From assembly GCA_951406725.2 (NCBI GenBank), contig CATOCA020000018.1, positions 1 to 64,000 of the forward strand: a DNA stretch of 64,000 nt, given 5' to 3'. The number at the start of each line of letters is the position of its first letter. Within the stretch, counting starts at the first letter, position 1. The notes below the pieces were generated by a model. It had not been told where the DNA came from and made no database searches. It saw only the letters and a program-made list of their open reading frames with translations. The position numbers and the translations under genes were made by a program. The DNA is from Octopus vulgaris. Its lineage: Eukaryota. Below are positions 29,177 through 45,730 of this stretch, piece after piece.

Positions 29177-29257
<81 letters not shown>

Positions 29258-30009
29258 GTTATTTTATTTTACTTGTTTCAGTCATTTGGAAGTGGCCATG
29301 CTGGAGCACCGACTTTAGTCGAGCAAATCGATCAGGCCGTCAAGAAGGCTATCCATATGCTAGAAATAGCAGCCAAAGCTAACGAAAGTACGATAAAATA
29401 AGTCCAACAATGGTTGTAATTTTTATTCTTGGTTAAGATTTTTAACATTAGTTCACTCGATTAGCTGTGTAGCAAATGAATTATTGTCTAACTCTGACAG
29501 CCGTAAATGAGCAGGTAATACGACTGGGATAATCACAACTATTATCTAAGTACAAGGGTTAGGTAATCACAGGGTGATTTGGTTGCTATTTCTAGGATAC
29601 TGAGCAACAATGTAGCGGCACTCTCTCTCTGACTTATGTATGTATGTATGTATGTATGTATGTATGTATGTATGTATGTTTGTATGTATGTTTCTATGTA
29701 TGTGTGTATGTATGTATGTGCGTGTGTGTGTGTGTCTATGTATGTGTATATGTATGTATCGACCCCGAAGGATGTGCAAAGTGTGTGTGTGTGTCTGTCT
29801 GTCTTTGTGAAATAACTATAAAGCATTTTAGAGAGTTATAGCCAAAACATATGATGTAAATTTATCGACCCCGAAGGATGAAAGGATTTTTTTCAGAAGT
29901 CGACTTTTCTCGGCGGAATTTGAACTCAGACATTGGGCTAGCGGCAGACAGAATACCTATTTGAAAGCCGTGGTCAGAGTGAGGGGAAAACAGACACACA
30001 GAAACACGA

Positions 30010-31085
30010 ATTATCGACCCCGAAGGATGAAAGGCAAAGTCGACCTCGGCGGAATTTGAACTCAGACAGTAGCGGCAGACAACGTACCTATTTCTTTATT
30101 ACCCACAATGAGCTAAACACCCAGAAGACAAACAAAGACAGACAGACAGACAAAGGTATTAAGTCGATTATATTGACCCCAGTGCGTAACTGGTACTTAT
30201 ATAATCGACCCCGAACGAATGAAAAGCAAGGCCGACCTCGGCGGAATTTGAACTCAGAGCGGAGCGGCAGACAAAATACCTATTTCTTAACTACCCACAA
30301 GGGGCTAAACGCACAGGGGACAAACAATGACAGACATACTGATTAAGGCGATTATATCGACCCCAGTGCGTAACTGGTACTTTATTTATCGACCCTGAAA
30401 TGATGAAAGGCAAAGTCGACCTCGGCGGAATTTGAACTCAGGACGTAACCGCAGACGTAATATACCTATTTCTTTACTACCCACAAGGGGCTAAACACAG
30501 AGGGGACAGACAAACGGATTAAGTCGATTACATCGACCCCAGTGCGTAACTGGTACCCAAATTATCGACCCTGAAATGATGAAAGGTAAAGTCGACCTCG
30601 GCGGAATTTGAACTCAGAACGTAACGACAGACGAAATACCTATTTCTTTACTACCCACAAGTGGCTAAACACAGAGGGGACAAACAAGGACAGACAAAGG
30701 GATTAAGTCGATTACATCGACTCCAGTGCGAAACTGGTACTTTATTTATCGACCCTGAAATGATGAACGGCAAAGTCGACCTCGGTGGAACTTGAACTCA
30801 GAACGTAATAGCAGACGAAATACCTATTTCTTTAATACCCACAAGGGGCTACACACAGAGGGGACAAACAAGGACAGACAAAGGGATTAAGTCGATTACA
30901 TCGACTCCAGTGAGCAACTGGTACTTTATTTATCGACCCTGCAATGACTAGGTAAAGTCGACCTCGGCGAAATTTAAACTCAGAACATAACAGCAGACGA
31001 AATACCTATTTCTTTACTACCCACAAGGGGCTACACACAGAGGGGACAAACAAGGACAGACAAAGGGATTAAGTCGATTACATCG
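30010..31085 (-). repeat. Same ~180-bp SINE-derived array, 6 units (equivalents at about 35790-36860 and 41475-42545)
   Basis: [a/g]g[t/c]cgacctcgg recurs about every 180 bp. Confidence 0.85.
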
Positions 31086-31508
31086 ATTACAGCTGTGTAG
31101 TAAATTAATTATTGTCTAACTCTGACAGCCGTAAATGAGCAGGTAATACGACTGGGATAATCACAACTATCATCTATGTACAAGGGTTAGGTAATCACAG
31201 GGTGATTTGGTTGCTATTTCTAGGATACTGAGCAACAATGTAGCGGCATTCTCTCTGACTTATGATGTATGTATGTATGTATGTAAGTATGTATGTATGT
31301 ATGTATGTTTCTATGTATGTATGTATGTATGTGCGTGTGTGTGTGTGTCTGTCTGTCTTTGTGTATATGTTAATTTATCGACCCCGAAGGATGAAAGGCA
31401 AAGTCGACCTCGGCGGAATTTGAACTCAGACAGTAGCGACAGACAACGTACCTATTTCTTTATTACCCACAATGGGCTAAACACCTTACTTATTTATATA
31501 TATATATA

Positions 31509-31585
<77 letters not shown>

Positions 31586-32073
31586 GTGTAGGGTAGCGGC
31601 AGACGAAATACCTATTTCTTTACTACCCACAAGGGGCTAAACACAGGGGGGAAAACAAGGACAGACAAACGGATTAAATCGATTATAATGACCCCAGTGC
31701 GTAGTAACTGGTACTTAATTTATCGACCCCGAAGGATGGAAGTCAAAGTCGACCTCGGCGGAATTTGAACTCAGACCGTAGTGGCAGACAACATACCAAT
31801 TTCTTTACTACCCGCAAGGGGCTAAACACCGAGAAGACAAGCAACGACAGACATAAGTATTAAGTCGATTATATTGACCGCAGTGCGTAACTGGTACTTA
31901 TTTAATCGACCCCGAAAGAATGAAAAGCAAGGTCGACCTCGGGGAATTTGAACACAGAGCGTAGCGGCAGACAAAATGCCTATTTCTTTACTACTCACAA
32001 GAGGCTAAACACAGAGGGGACAGACAAGGACAGACATACGGCGATTATATCGACTCCAGTGCGTAACTGGTAC

Positions 32074-32125
<52 letters not shown>

Positions 32126-32705
32126 ATATATATATATATGTAGATATATATATATATATATATATATATAACAAGATAAAGATTTTTATTTTTCATGGAC
32201 TTCAAAATTTGCCAGAAAATAATGGATCGTGCCAAGATTTTGTTGCTACTTCTAGCATGTAGAGATTACCTGTTAAAGCGTAATTTTCTATTTTGAAATA
32301 TCTATATATCTATATATTTACTACCCACAAGGGGCTAAACATAGAGGGGACAAACAAGGACAGACAAAGGGATTAAGTCGATTATATCGACCCTAGTGCG
32401 AAACTGGTACATATATATATTCTTTTATTCTTTTCTTTTACTTGTTTCAGTCATTTGACTGCGGCCATGCTGGAGCACCGCCATTAGTCGAGCAACTCGA
32501 CCCCGGGACTTATTCTTTTGCAATCCCAGTACTTATTCTATCGGTCTCTCTTGCCGATCGGGGACATAAGCACACCAGCATCGGTTGTCAAGCAATGCTA
32601 GGGGACAAACACAGACACACAAATACACACTCAGTGGGACTGAACCCGCAACCATGTGGTTGGTAGACAAGCTACTTACCACACAGCCACTCCTGCGCCT
32701 ATATT

Positions 32706-32761
<56 letters not shown>

Positions 32762-32772
32762 ATATATTTATG

Positions 32773-32836
<64 letters not shown>

Positions 32837-33048
32837 ATATATCTATACATATGTGTGTGTGTGTGTATGTATATATGTAGATGTATATATATATACATAT
32901 ATAAAAAAATAAAGGTCTTTATTTTTCATGTACTTCAAAATTTGCCAGAAAATAATGGATCGTAGCAATCTTTGCTGCTATTTCTAGCATGTAAAAATTG
33001 CCTGTTAAAGGGTAATTTTCTATTTTGAAATATATATATACATATATA

Positions 33049-33120
<72 letters not shown>

Positions 33121-35203
33121 TTTAAATATATATATATAAATATGTATATATCTATATATATATATATATAAATATATATATATACATATATATATGTATG
33201 TATGTACATATGTATGTCTCTCTCTCTCTCTCTCTCTCTCTGTCTTTTACGCTCTCTCTCTGTCTGTATTTAACTCACTATCTAACATATAAGTTTCTCT
33301 CTCTCTCAATATAAAACTACTTTTCTCTATTATTACCCGTTGCTAAGCAACTCAGGGAAAAGGTGTGTGCGTGTGTGACTGTATTTTCAATTGTGTGTGT
33401 GTGTGAGTGTGTGTGTGCGTGTGTGCGTGTGTGTGTGTGTGTGTGTGCGTGTGTGTGTGTGTGTTTGTGTTTGTCTGCGTGTATTTTTAAAATCTTCCGA
33501 TTATCGCTGACTTGAAATATACATTTCATTTCGTTTGCCATTGTAAAGTTAGATTGTATCTGAGACAGAATTGAAAATGCAAAGTTTCTGTTGACAGGAT
33601 ACCTGAATTTTCTGTATCTTTTGCTGACCCACCCCACTCACGCCATTTAATTTCATCAGTACTTAAGGCCTTCTTCTCTCTCTCTGTCTACCCCTCTCTC
33701 TCTGTCTACCTCTCTCTGTCTGTCTGTCTGTCTGTATTTAACTCACTATACAACATATAAGTTTCTCTCTCTCTCTCAATATAAAACTATTCTTCTCTAT
33801 TATTACCCGTTGCTAAGCAACTCAGGGAAAAGGTGTGTGCGTGTGTGATTGTGTTTTCAATTGTGTGTGTGTATGTGTGCGTTTGTGCCTTTCGATACCA
33901 GTGCGTGCGTGCGTAACGATACACACACAAACCTCCACAAACATAAACGCACAAAATTGAAAAGACACAGTTACACACTCAAACACTCGCACACAGAAAC
34001 GAAAATACACACGCACACTCACATTCACACACACACACATACATACAGACAAACACCACACACACACACACACACAAAAATGAAAATACACAGTTACACA
34101 CTCACACGCACACACACACGCACACACTAGAGCGCACATACACACGCACACGCACAAGCAATGAACTGGAAACGCGCGCACGCAGACACAGAAAGGAAAG
34201 CACACATATGTGTGTGTGTGTATTTATGAATAGATTTTGTAGATGGAAACTGAAAGAAGCCCATCGTATATAAATGTATACATATATGTGTGTGTGTGAG
34301 TGTGTGTGTCTGTTTGTCCCCCTTCAACATCGCTTGACAACCGATGTTGGGGTGTTTACATCCCCGTCAATTAGCCGCTTGGTAAGAAACGCTAGGCTTG
34401 AAAAGAATAAGTCTTGGGATCGATTTGCTCGACTAAAGGCGTTGCTCCAGCATGGCCACAGTCAGATGACTGAAACAAGGAAAATAAAAACATATATATA
34501 TATATATATGTATATGTTTATGTATATATATGTATATGTTTACGTATATATATATATATATATGGATATATATATATATATAGGCGCAGGAGTGGCTGTG
34601 TGGTAAGTGGCTTGCTAACCAACCACTTGGTTCCGGGTTCAGTCCCACTGCGTGGCATCTTGGGCAAGTGTCTTCTGCTATAACCCCGGGTCGACCAATG
34701 TCTTGTGAGTGGATTTAGTAGACGGAAACTGAAAGAAACCTGTCGTATATATGTATATAGACTTAGGTGTGGCTGTGTGGTAAGTAGCTTGCTAACCAGC
34801 CACATGGCTCCGGGTTCAGTCCCACTGCGTGGCATCTTGGGCAAGTGTCTTCTGCTATAGCCCCGGGCCGACCAATGCCTTGTGAGTGGATTTTGTAGAC
34901 GGAAACTGAAAGAAGCCTGTCGTATATATGTATATATATATATGTATATATTTATGCGTAGCCGTTTTTCGTATTATACAAAAGGTAGATTTTATCTGCC
35001 TCCCTTTGTCAGTCGATAAATTAAGTACCAGTTTCGCACTGGGGTCGATGTAATCGGATTTCTTCAATTACATGTTTACCTGAGAAATATATATATATCC
35101 GTATAAGTATCTATATAAATATTATCTGTCGTTAGTTATAGGATTTCTTCTGCTTTTCTAGGATTCTAAACAATTTACCTGGATATATATATATATATAT
35201 GTT

Positions 35204-35247
<44 letters not shown>

Positions 35248-35669
35248 TATGTATATATATATATATATATATATATGTTATTTTATTTTACTTGTTTCAG
35301 TCATTTGGAAGTGGCCATGCTGGAGCACCGCCTTTAGTCGAGCAAATTGATCAGGCCGTCAAGAAGGCTATCCATATGCTAGAAATAGCAGCCAAAGCTA
35401 ACGAAAGTACGATAAAATAAGTCCAACAATGGTTGTAATTTTTATTCTTGGTTAAGATTTTTAACATTAGTTCACTCGATTAGCTGTGTAGCAAATGAAT
35501 TATTGTCTAACTCTGACAGCCGTAAATGAGCAGGTAATACGACTGGGATAATCACAACTATCATCTATGTACAAGGGTTAGGTAATCACAGGGTGATTTG
35601 GTTGCTATTTCTAGGATACTGAGCAACAATGTAGCGGCACTCTCTCTCTGACTTATGTATGTATGTATG

Positions 35670-35700
<31 letters not shown>

Positions 35701-37271
35701 GTATGTATGTATGTATGTATGTTTCTATGTATGTGTGTATGTATGTATGTGCGTGTGTGTGTGTGTCTGTCTGTCTTTGTGTATATGTTAATTTATCGAC
35801 CCCGAAGGATGAAAGGCAAAGTCGACCTCGGCGGAATTTGAACTCAGACAGTAGCGGCAGACAACGTACCTATTTCTTTATTACCCACAATGAGCTAAAC
35901 ACCCAGAAGACAAACAAAGACAGACAAAGGTATTAAGTCGATTATATTGACCCCAGTGCGTAACTGGTACTTATATAATCGACCCCGAACGAATGAAAAG
36001 CAAGGCCGACCTCGGCGGAATTTGAACTCAGAGCGGAGCGGCAGACAAAATACCTATTTCTTAACTACCCACAAGGGGCTAAACGCACAGGGGACAAACA
36101 ATGACAGACATACTGATTAAGGCGATTATATCGACCCCAGTGCGTAACTGGTACTTTATTTATCGACCCTGAAATGATGAAAGGCAAAGTCGACCTCGGC
36201 GGAATTTGAACTCAGGACGTAACCGCAGACGTAATATACCTATTTCTTTACTACCCACAAGGGGCTAAACACAGAGGGGACAGACAAACGGATTAAGTCG
36301 ATTACATCGACCCCAGTGCGTAACTGGTACCCAAATTATCGACCTGAAATGATGAAAGGTAAAGTCGACCTCGGCGGAATTTGAACTCAGAACGTAACGA
36401 CAGACGAAATACCTATTTCTTTACTACCCACAAGTGGCTAAACACAGAGGGGACAAACAAGGACAGACAAAGGGATTAAGTCGATTACATCGACTCCAGT
36501 GCGAAACTGGTACTTTATTTATCGACCCTGAAATGATGAACGGCAAAGTCGACCTCGGTGGAACTTGAACTCAGAACGTAATAGCAGACGAAATACCTAT
36601 TTCTTTACTACCCACAAGGGGCTACACACAGAGGGGACAAACAAGGACAGACAAAGCGATTAAGTCGATTACATCGACTCCAGTGCGCAACTGGTACTTT
36701 ATTTATCGACCCTGCAATGACTAGGTAAAGTCGACCTCGGCGAAATTTGAACTCAGAACATAACAGCAGACGAAATACCTATTTCTTTACTACCCACAAG
36801 GGGCTACACACAGAGGGGACAAACAAGGACAGACAAAGGGATTAAGTCGATTACATCGATTACAGCTGTGTAGTAAATTAATTATTGTCTAACTCTGACA
36901 GCCGTAAATGAGCAGGTAATACGACTGGGATAATCACAACTATCATCTATGTACAAGGGTTAGGTAATCACAGGGTGATTTGGTTGCTATTTCTAGGATA
37001 CTGAGCAACAATGTAGCGGCACTCTCTCTCTGACTTATGTATGTATGTAAGTATGTATGTATGTATGTATGTATGTTTCTATGTATGTATGTATGTATGT
37101 ATGTGCTGTGTGTGTGTGTGTGTGTCTGTCTGTCTTTGTGTATATGTTAATTTATCGACCCCGAAGGATGAAAGGCAAAGTCGACCTCGGCGGAATTTGA
37201 ACTCAGACAGTAGCGACAGACAACGTACCTATTTCTTTATTACCCACAATGGGCTAAACACCGTACTTATT

Positions 37272-37340
<69 letters not shown>

Positions 37341-37829
37341 GTGTAGGGTAGCGGCAGACGAAATACCTATTTCTTTACTACCCACAAGGGGCTAAACACA
37401 GGGGGGAAAACAAGGACAGACAAACGGATTAAATCGATTATAATGACCCCAGTGCGTAGTAACTGGTACTTAATTTATCGACCCCGAAGGATGGAAGTCA
37501 AAGTCGACCTCGGCTGAATTTGAACTCAGACCGTAGTGGCAGACAACATACCAATTTCTTTACTACCCGCAAGGGGCTAAACACCGAGAAGACAAGAAAC
37601 GACAGACATAAGTATTAAGTCGATTATATTGACCGCAGTGCGTAACTGGTACTTATTTAATCGACCCCGAAAGAATGAAAAGCAAGGTCGACCTCGGGGG
37701 AATTTGAACACAGAGCGTAGCGGCAGACAAAATGCCTATTTCTTTACTACTCACAAGAGGCTAAACACAGAGGGGACAGACAAGGACAGACATACGGCGA
37801 TTATATCGACTCCAGTGCGTAACTGGTAC

Positions 37830-37921
<92 letters not shown>

Positions 37922-38480
37922 GTAGATGTATATATATATATATATAACAAGATAAAGATTTTTATTTTTCATGGACTTCAAAATTTGCCAGAAAATAATG
38001 GATCGTGCCAAGATTTTGTTGCTACTTCTAGCATGTAGAGATTACCTGTTAAAGCGTAATTTTCTATTTTGAAATATCTATATATCTATATATTTACTAC
38101 CCACAAGGGGCTAAACGTAGAGGGGACAAACAAGGACAGACAAAGGGATTAAGTCGATTACATCGACCCTAGTGCGAAACTGGTACATATATATATTCTT
38201 TTATTCTTTTCTTTTACTTGTTTCAGTCATTTGACTGCGGCCATGCTGGAGCACCGCCATTAGTCGAACAACTCGACCGCGGGACTTATTCTTTGCAATC
38301 CCAGTACTTATTCTATCGGTCTCTCTTGCCGATCGGGGACATAAGCACACCAGCATCGGTTGTCAAGCAATGCTAGGGGACAAACACAGACACACAAATA
38401 CACACTCAGTGGGACTGAACCCGCAACCATGTGGTTGGTAGACAAGCTACTTACCACACAGCCACTCCTGCGCCTATATT

Positions 38481-38630
<150 letters not shown>

Positions 38631-38866
38631 ATATATCTATACATATGTGTGTGTGTGTGTATATATATATGTAGATGTATATATATATACATATATAAAA
38701 AAATAAAGGTCTTTATTTTTCATGTACTTCAAAATTTGCCAGAAAATAATGGATCGTAGCAATCTTTGCTGCTATTTCTAGCATGTAAAAATTGCCTGTT
38801 AAAGGGTAATTTTCTATTTTGAAATATATATATACATATATATATTTATATATATTTATATGTGTA

Positions 38867-38900
<34 letters not shown>

Positions 38901-38941
38901 AATATTTAAATATATATATATAAATATCTATATATATATAT

Positions 38942-38973
<32 letters not shown>

Positions 38974-39176
38974 GTATGTATGTATATATGTATGTCTCTC
39001 TCTCTCTCTCTCTCTCTGTCTTTTACGCTCTCTCTCTGTCTGTATTTAACTCACTATCTAACATATAAGTTTCTCTCTCTCTCAATATAAAACTATTTTT
39101 CTCTATTATTACCCGTTGCTAAGCAACTCAGGGAAAAGGTGTGTGCGTGTGTGACTGTATTTTCAATTGTGTGTGT

Positions 39177-39208
<32 letters not shown>

Positions 39209-39989
39209 TTGTGTGTGTGTGCGTGTGTGTGTGTGTTTGTGTTTGTCTGCGTGTATTTTTAAAATCTTCCGATTATCGCTGACTTGAAATATACATTTCA
39301 TTTCGTTTGCCATTGTAAAGTTAGATTGTATCTGAGACAGAATTGAAAATGCAAAGTTTCTGTTGACAGGATACCTGAATTTTCTGTATCTTTTGCTGAC
39401 CCACCCCACTCACGCCATTTAATTTCATCAGTACTTAAGGCCTTCTTCTCTCTCTCTGTCTACCCCTCTCTCTCTGTCTACCTCTCTCTCTGTCTGTCTG
39501 TCTGTCTGTATTTAACTCACTATACAACATATAAGTTTCTCTCTCTCTCTCAATATAAAACTATTCTTCTCTATTATTACCCGTTGCTAAGCAACTCAGG
39601 GAAAAGGTGTGTGCGTGTGTGATTGTGTTTTCAATTGTGTGTGTGTATGTGTGCGTTTGTGCCTTTCGACACCAGTGCGTGCGTGCGTAACGATACACAC
39701 ACAAACCTCCACAAACATAAACGCACAAAATTGAAAAGACACAGTTACACACTCAAACACTCGCACACAGAAACGAAAATACACACGCACACTCACACTC
39801 ACACACGCACATACATACATACAGACAAACACCACACACACACACACACACAAAAATGAAAATACACAGTTACACACTCACACGCACACACACACGCACA
39901 CACTAGAGCGCACACACACACGCACACGCACAAGCAATGAACTGGAAACGCGCGCGCGCGCACGCAGACACAGAAAGGAAAGCACACAT

Positions 39990-40028
<39 letters not shown>

Positions 40029-40875
40029 TTATGAATAGATTTTGTAGATGGAAACTGAAAGAAGCCCATCGTATATAAATGTATACATATATGTGTGTGT
40101 GTGAGTGTGTGTGTCTGTTTGTCCCCCTTCAACATCGCTTGACAACCGATGCTGGGGTGTTTACATCCCCGTCAATTAGCCGCTTGGTAAGAAACGCTAG
40201 GCTTGAAAAGAATAAGTCTTGGGATCGATTTGCTCGACTAAAGGCGTTGCTCCAGCATGGCCACAGTCAGATGACTGAAACAAGGAAAATAAAAACATAT
40301 ATATATATATATATGTATATGTTTATGTATATATATGTATATGTTTACGTATATATATATATATATATATGGATATATATATATATATAGGCGCAGGAGT
40401 GGCTGTGTGGTAAGTGGCTTGCTAACCAACCACTTGGCTCCGGGTTCAGTCCCACTGCGTGGCATCTTGGGCAAGTGTCTTCTGCTATAGCCCCGGGTCG
40501 ACCAGTGCCTTGTGAGTGGATTTAGTAGACGGAAACTGAAAGAAACCTGTCGTATATATGTATATAGACTTAGGGGTGGCTGTGTGGTAAGTAGCTTGCT
40601 AACCAGCCACATGGCTCCGGGTTCAGTCCCACTGCGTGACATCTTGGGCAAGTTTCTTCTGCTATAGCCCCGGGCCGACCAATGCCTTGTGAGTGGATTT
40701 TGTAGACGGAAACTGAAAGAAGCCTGTCGTATATATGTATATATATATATGTATATATTTATCTCTTATTATAAAAGGTAGATTTTATCTGCCTCCCTTT
40801 GTCAGTTATAGAAATCTACAATATAGGATTTCTTCAATTACAATTTACCTGAGTATATATATATCTGTATATGTT

Positions 40876-40923
<48 letters not shown>

Positions 40924-41353
40924 TATGTATATATATATATATATATATATATGTTATTTTATTTTACTTGTTTCAGTCATTTGGAAGTGGCCATGCTGGA
41001 GCACCGACTTTAGTCGAGCAAATCGATCAGGCCGTCAAGAAGGCTATCCATATGCTAGAAATAGCAGCCAAAGCTAACGAAAGTACGATAAAATAAGTCC
41101 AACAATGGTTGTAATTTTTATTCTTGGTTAAGATTTTTAACATTAGTTCACTCGATTAGCTGTGTAGCAAATGAATTATTGTCTAACTCTGACAGCCGTA
41201 AATGAGCAGGTAATACGACTGGGATAATCACAACTATTATCTAAGTACAAGGGTTAGGTAATCACAGGGTGATTTGGTTGCTATTTCTAGGATACTGAGC
41301 AACAATGTAGCGGCACTCTCTCTCTGACTTATGTATGTATGTATGTATGTATG

Positions 41354-41384
<31 letters not shown>

Positions 41385-42720
41385 GTATGTATGTTTGTAT
41401 GTATGTTTCTATGTATGTGTGTATGTATGTATGTGCGTGTGTGTGTGTGTCTGTCTGTCTTTGTGTATATGTGAATTTATCGACCCCGAAGGATGAAAGG
41501 CAAAGTCGACCTCGGCGGAATTTGAACTCAGACAGTAGCGGCAGACAACGTACCTATTTCTTTATTACCCACAATGAGCTAAACACCCAGAAGACAAACA
41601 AAGACAGACAAAGGTATTAAGTCGATTATATTGACCCCAGTGCGTAACTGGTACTTATATAATCGACCCCGAACGAATGAAAAGCAAGGCCGACCTCGGC
41701 GGAATTTGAACTCAGAGCGGAGCGGCAGACAAAATACCTATTTCTTAACTACCCACAAGGGGCTAAACGCACAGGGGACAAACAATGACAGACATACTGA
41801 TTAAGGCGATTATATCGACCCCAGTGCGTAACTGGTACTTTATTTATCGACCCTGAAATGATGAAAGGCAAAGTCGACCTCGGCGGAATTTGAACTCAGG
41901 ACGTAACCGCAGACGTAATATACCTATTTCTTTACTACCCACAAGGGGCTAAACACAGAGGGGACAGACAAACGGATTAAGTCGATTACATCGACCCCAG
42001 TGCGTAACTGGTACCCAGATTATCGACCCTGAAATGATGAAACGTAAAGTCGACCTCGGCGGAATTTGAACTCAGAACGTAACGACAGACGAAATACCTA
42101 TTTCTTTACTACCCACAAGTGGCTAAACACAGAGGGGACAAACAAGGACAGACAAAGGGATTAAGTCGATTACATCGACCCCAGTGCGAAACTGGTACTT
42201 TATTTATCGACCCTGAAATGATGAACGGCAAAGTCGACCTCGGTGGAACTTGAACTCAGAACGTAATAGCAGACGAAATACCTATTTCTTTACTACCCAC
42301 AAGGGGCTACACACAGAGGGGACAAACAAGGACAGACAAAGCGATTAAGTCGATTACATCGACTCCAGTGCGCAACTGGTACTTTATTTATCGACCCTGC
42401 AATGACTAGGTAAAGTCGACCTCGGCGAAATTTGAACTCAGAACATAACAGCAGACGAAATACCTATTTCTTTACTACCCACAAGGGGCTACACACAGAG
42501 GGGACAAACAAGGACAGACAAAGGGATTAAGTCGATTACATCGATTACAGCTGTGTAGTAAATTAATTATTGTCTAACTCTGACAGCCGTAAATGAGCAG
42601 GTAATACGACTGGGATAATCACAACTATCATCTATGTACAAGGGTTAGGTAATCACAGGGTGATTTGGTTGCTATTTCTAGGATACTGAGCAACAATGTA
42701 GCGGCACTCTCTCTCTGACT

Positions 42721-42751
<31 letters not shown>

Positions 42752-42959
42752 GTATGTATGTATGTATGTATGTTTCTATGTATGTATGTATGTATGTGCG
42801 TGTGTGTGTGTGTCTGTCTGTCTTTGTGTATATGTTAATTTATCGACCCCGAAGGATGAAAGGCAAAGTCGACCTCGGCGGAATTTGAACTCAGACAGTA
42901 GCGACAGACAACGTACCTATTTCTTTATTACCCACAATGGGCTAAACACCTTATTTATT

Positions 42960-43030
<71 letters not shown>

Positions 43031-43516
43031 GGTAGCGGCAGACGAAATACCTATTTCTTTACTACCCACAAGGGGCTAAACACTGGGGGGGGAAAACAAG
43101 GACAGACAAACGGATTAAATCGATTATAATGACCCCAGTGCGTAGTAACTGGTACTTAATTTATCGACCCCGAAGGATGGAAGTCAAAGTCGACCTCGGC
43201 GGAATTTGAACTCAGACCGTAGTGGCAGACAACATACCAATTTCTTTACTACCCGCAAGGGGCTAAACACCGAGAAGACAAGCAACGACAGACATAAGTA
43301 TTAAGTCGATTATATTGACTGCAGTGCGTAACTGGTACTTATTTAATCGACCCCGAAAGAATGAAAAGCAAAAGTCGACCTCGGGGGAATTTGAACACAG
43401 AGCGTAGCGGCAGACAAAATGCCTATTTCTTTACTACTCACAAGAGGCTAAACACAGAGGGGACAAACAAGGACAGGCATACGGCGATTATATCGACTCC
43501 AGTGCGTAACTGGTAC

Positions 43517-43550
<34 letters not shown>

Positions 43551-44138
43551 GTGTGTGTCTGTATATATATATATATATGTAGATGTATATATATATATAT
43601 AACAAGATAAAGATTTTTATTTTTCATGGACTTCAAAATTTGCCAGAAAATAATGGATCGTGCCAAGATTTTGTTGCTACTTCTAGCATGTAGAGATTAC
43701 CTGTTAAAGCGTAATTTTCTATTTTGAAATATCTATATATCTATATATTTACTACCCACAAGGGGCTAAACATAGAGGGGACAAACAAGGACAGACAAAG
43801 GGATTAAGTCGATTACATCGACCCTAGTGCGAAACTGGTACATATATATATTCTTTTATTCTTTTCTTTTACTTGTTTCAGTCATTTGACTGCGGCCATG
43901 CTGGAGCACCGCCATTAGTCGAGCAACTCGACCCCGGGACTTATTCTTTTGCAATCCCAGTACTTATTCTATCGGTCTCTCTTGCCGATCGGGGACATAA
44001 GCACACCAGCATCGGTTGTCAAGCAATGCTAGGGGACAAACACAGACACACAAATACACACTCAGTGGGACTGAACCCGCAACCATGTGGTTGGTAGACA
44101 AGCTACTTACCACACAGCCACTCCTGCGCCTATATATA

Positions 44139-44325
<187 letters not shown>

Positions 44326-44510
44326 ATACATATGTGTGTGTGTGTATATATATATATGTAGATGTATATATATATAAATATATAAAAAAATAAAGGTCTT
44401 TATTTTTCATGTACTTCAAAATTTGCCAGAAAATAATGGATCGTAGCAATCTTTGCTGCTATTTCTAGCATGTAAAAATTGCCTGTTAAAGGGTAATTTT
44501 CTATTTTGAA

Positions 44511-44573
<63 letters not shown>

Positions 44574-44637
44574 CATATATATATTTATATATACATATAT
44601 ATATTTAAATATATATAAATATATCTATATATCTATA

Positions 44638-44672
<35 letters not shown>

Positions 44673-44861
44673 GTTTGTATGTACATATGTATGTCTCTCT
44701 CTTTCTCTCTCTCTGTCTTTTACGCTCTCTCTCTGTCTGTATTTAACTCACTATCTAACATATAAGTTTCTCTCTCTCTCAATATAAAACTATTTTTCTC
44801 TATTATTACCCGTTGCTAAGCAACTCAGGGAAAAGGTGTGTGCGTGTGTGACTGTATTTTC

Positions 44862-44897
<36 letters not shown>

Positions 44898-45690
44898 ATG
44901 CGTGTGTGTGTGTGTGTGTGTGAGTGTGTGTGTGTGTGTTTGTGTTTGTCTGCGTGTATTTTTAAAATCTTCCGATTATCGCTGACTTGAAATATACATT
45001 TCATTTCGTTTGCCATTGTAAAGTTAGATTGTATCTGAGACAGAATTGAAAATACAAAGTTTCTGTTGACAGGATACCTGAATTTTCTGTATCTTTTGCT
45101 GACCCACCCCACTCACGCCATTTAATTTCATCAGTACTTAAGGCCTTCTTCTCTCTCTCTGTCTACCCCTCTCTCTCTGTCTACCTCTCTCTGTCTGTCT
45201 GTCTGTCTGTATTTAACTCACTATACAACATATAAGTTTCTCTCTCTCTCTCAATATAAAACTATTCTTCTCTATTATTACCCGTTGCTAAGCAACTCAG
45301 GGAAAAGGTGTGTGCGTGTGTGATTGTGTTTTCAATTGTGTGTGTGTATGTGTGCGTTTGTGCCTTTCGACACCAGTGCGTGCGTGCGTAACGATACACA
45401 CACAAACCTCCACAAACATAAACGCACAAAATTGAAAAAACACAGTTACACACTCAAACACTCGCACACAGAAACGAAAATACACACGCACACTCACACT
45501 CACACACGCACACATACATACATACAGACAAACACCACACACACACACACACACAAAAATGAAAATACACAGTTACACACTCACACGCACACACACACGC
45601 ACACACTAGAGGGCACACACACACGCACACGCACAAGCAATGAACTGGAAACGCGCGCGCGCGCACGCAGACACAGAAAGGAAAGCACAC

Positions 45691-45730
<40 letters not shown>

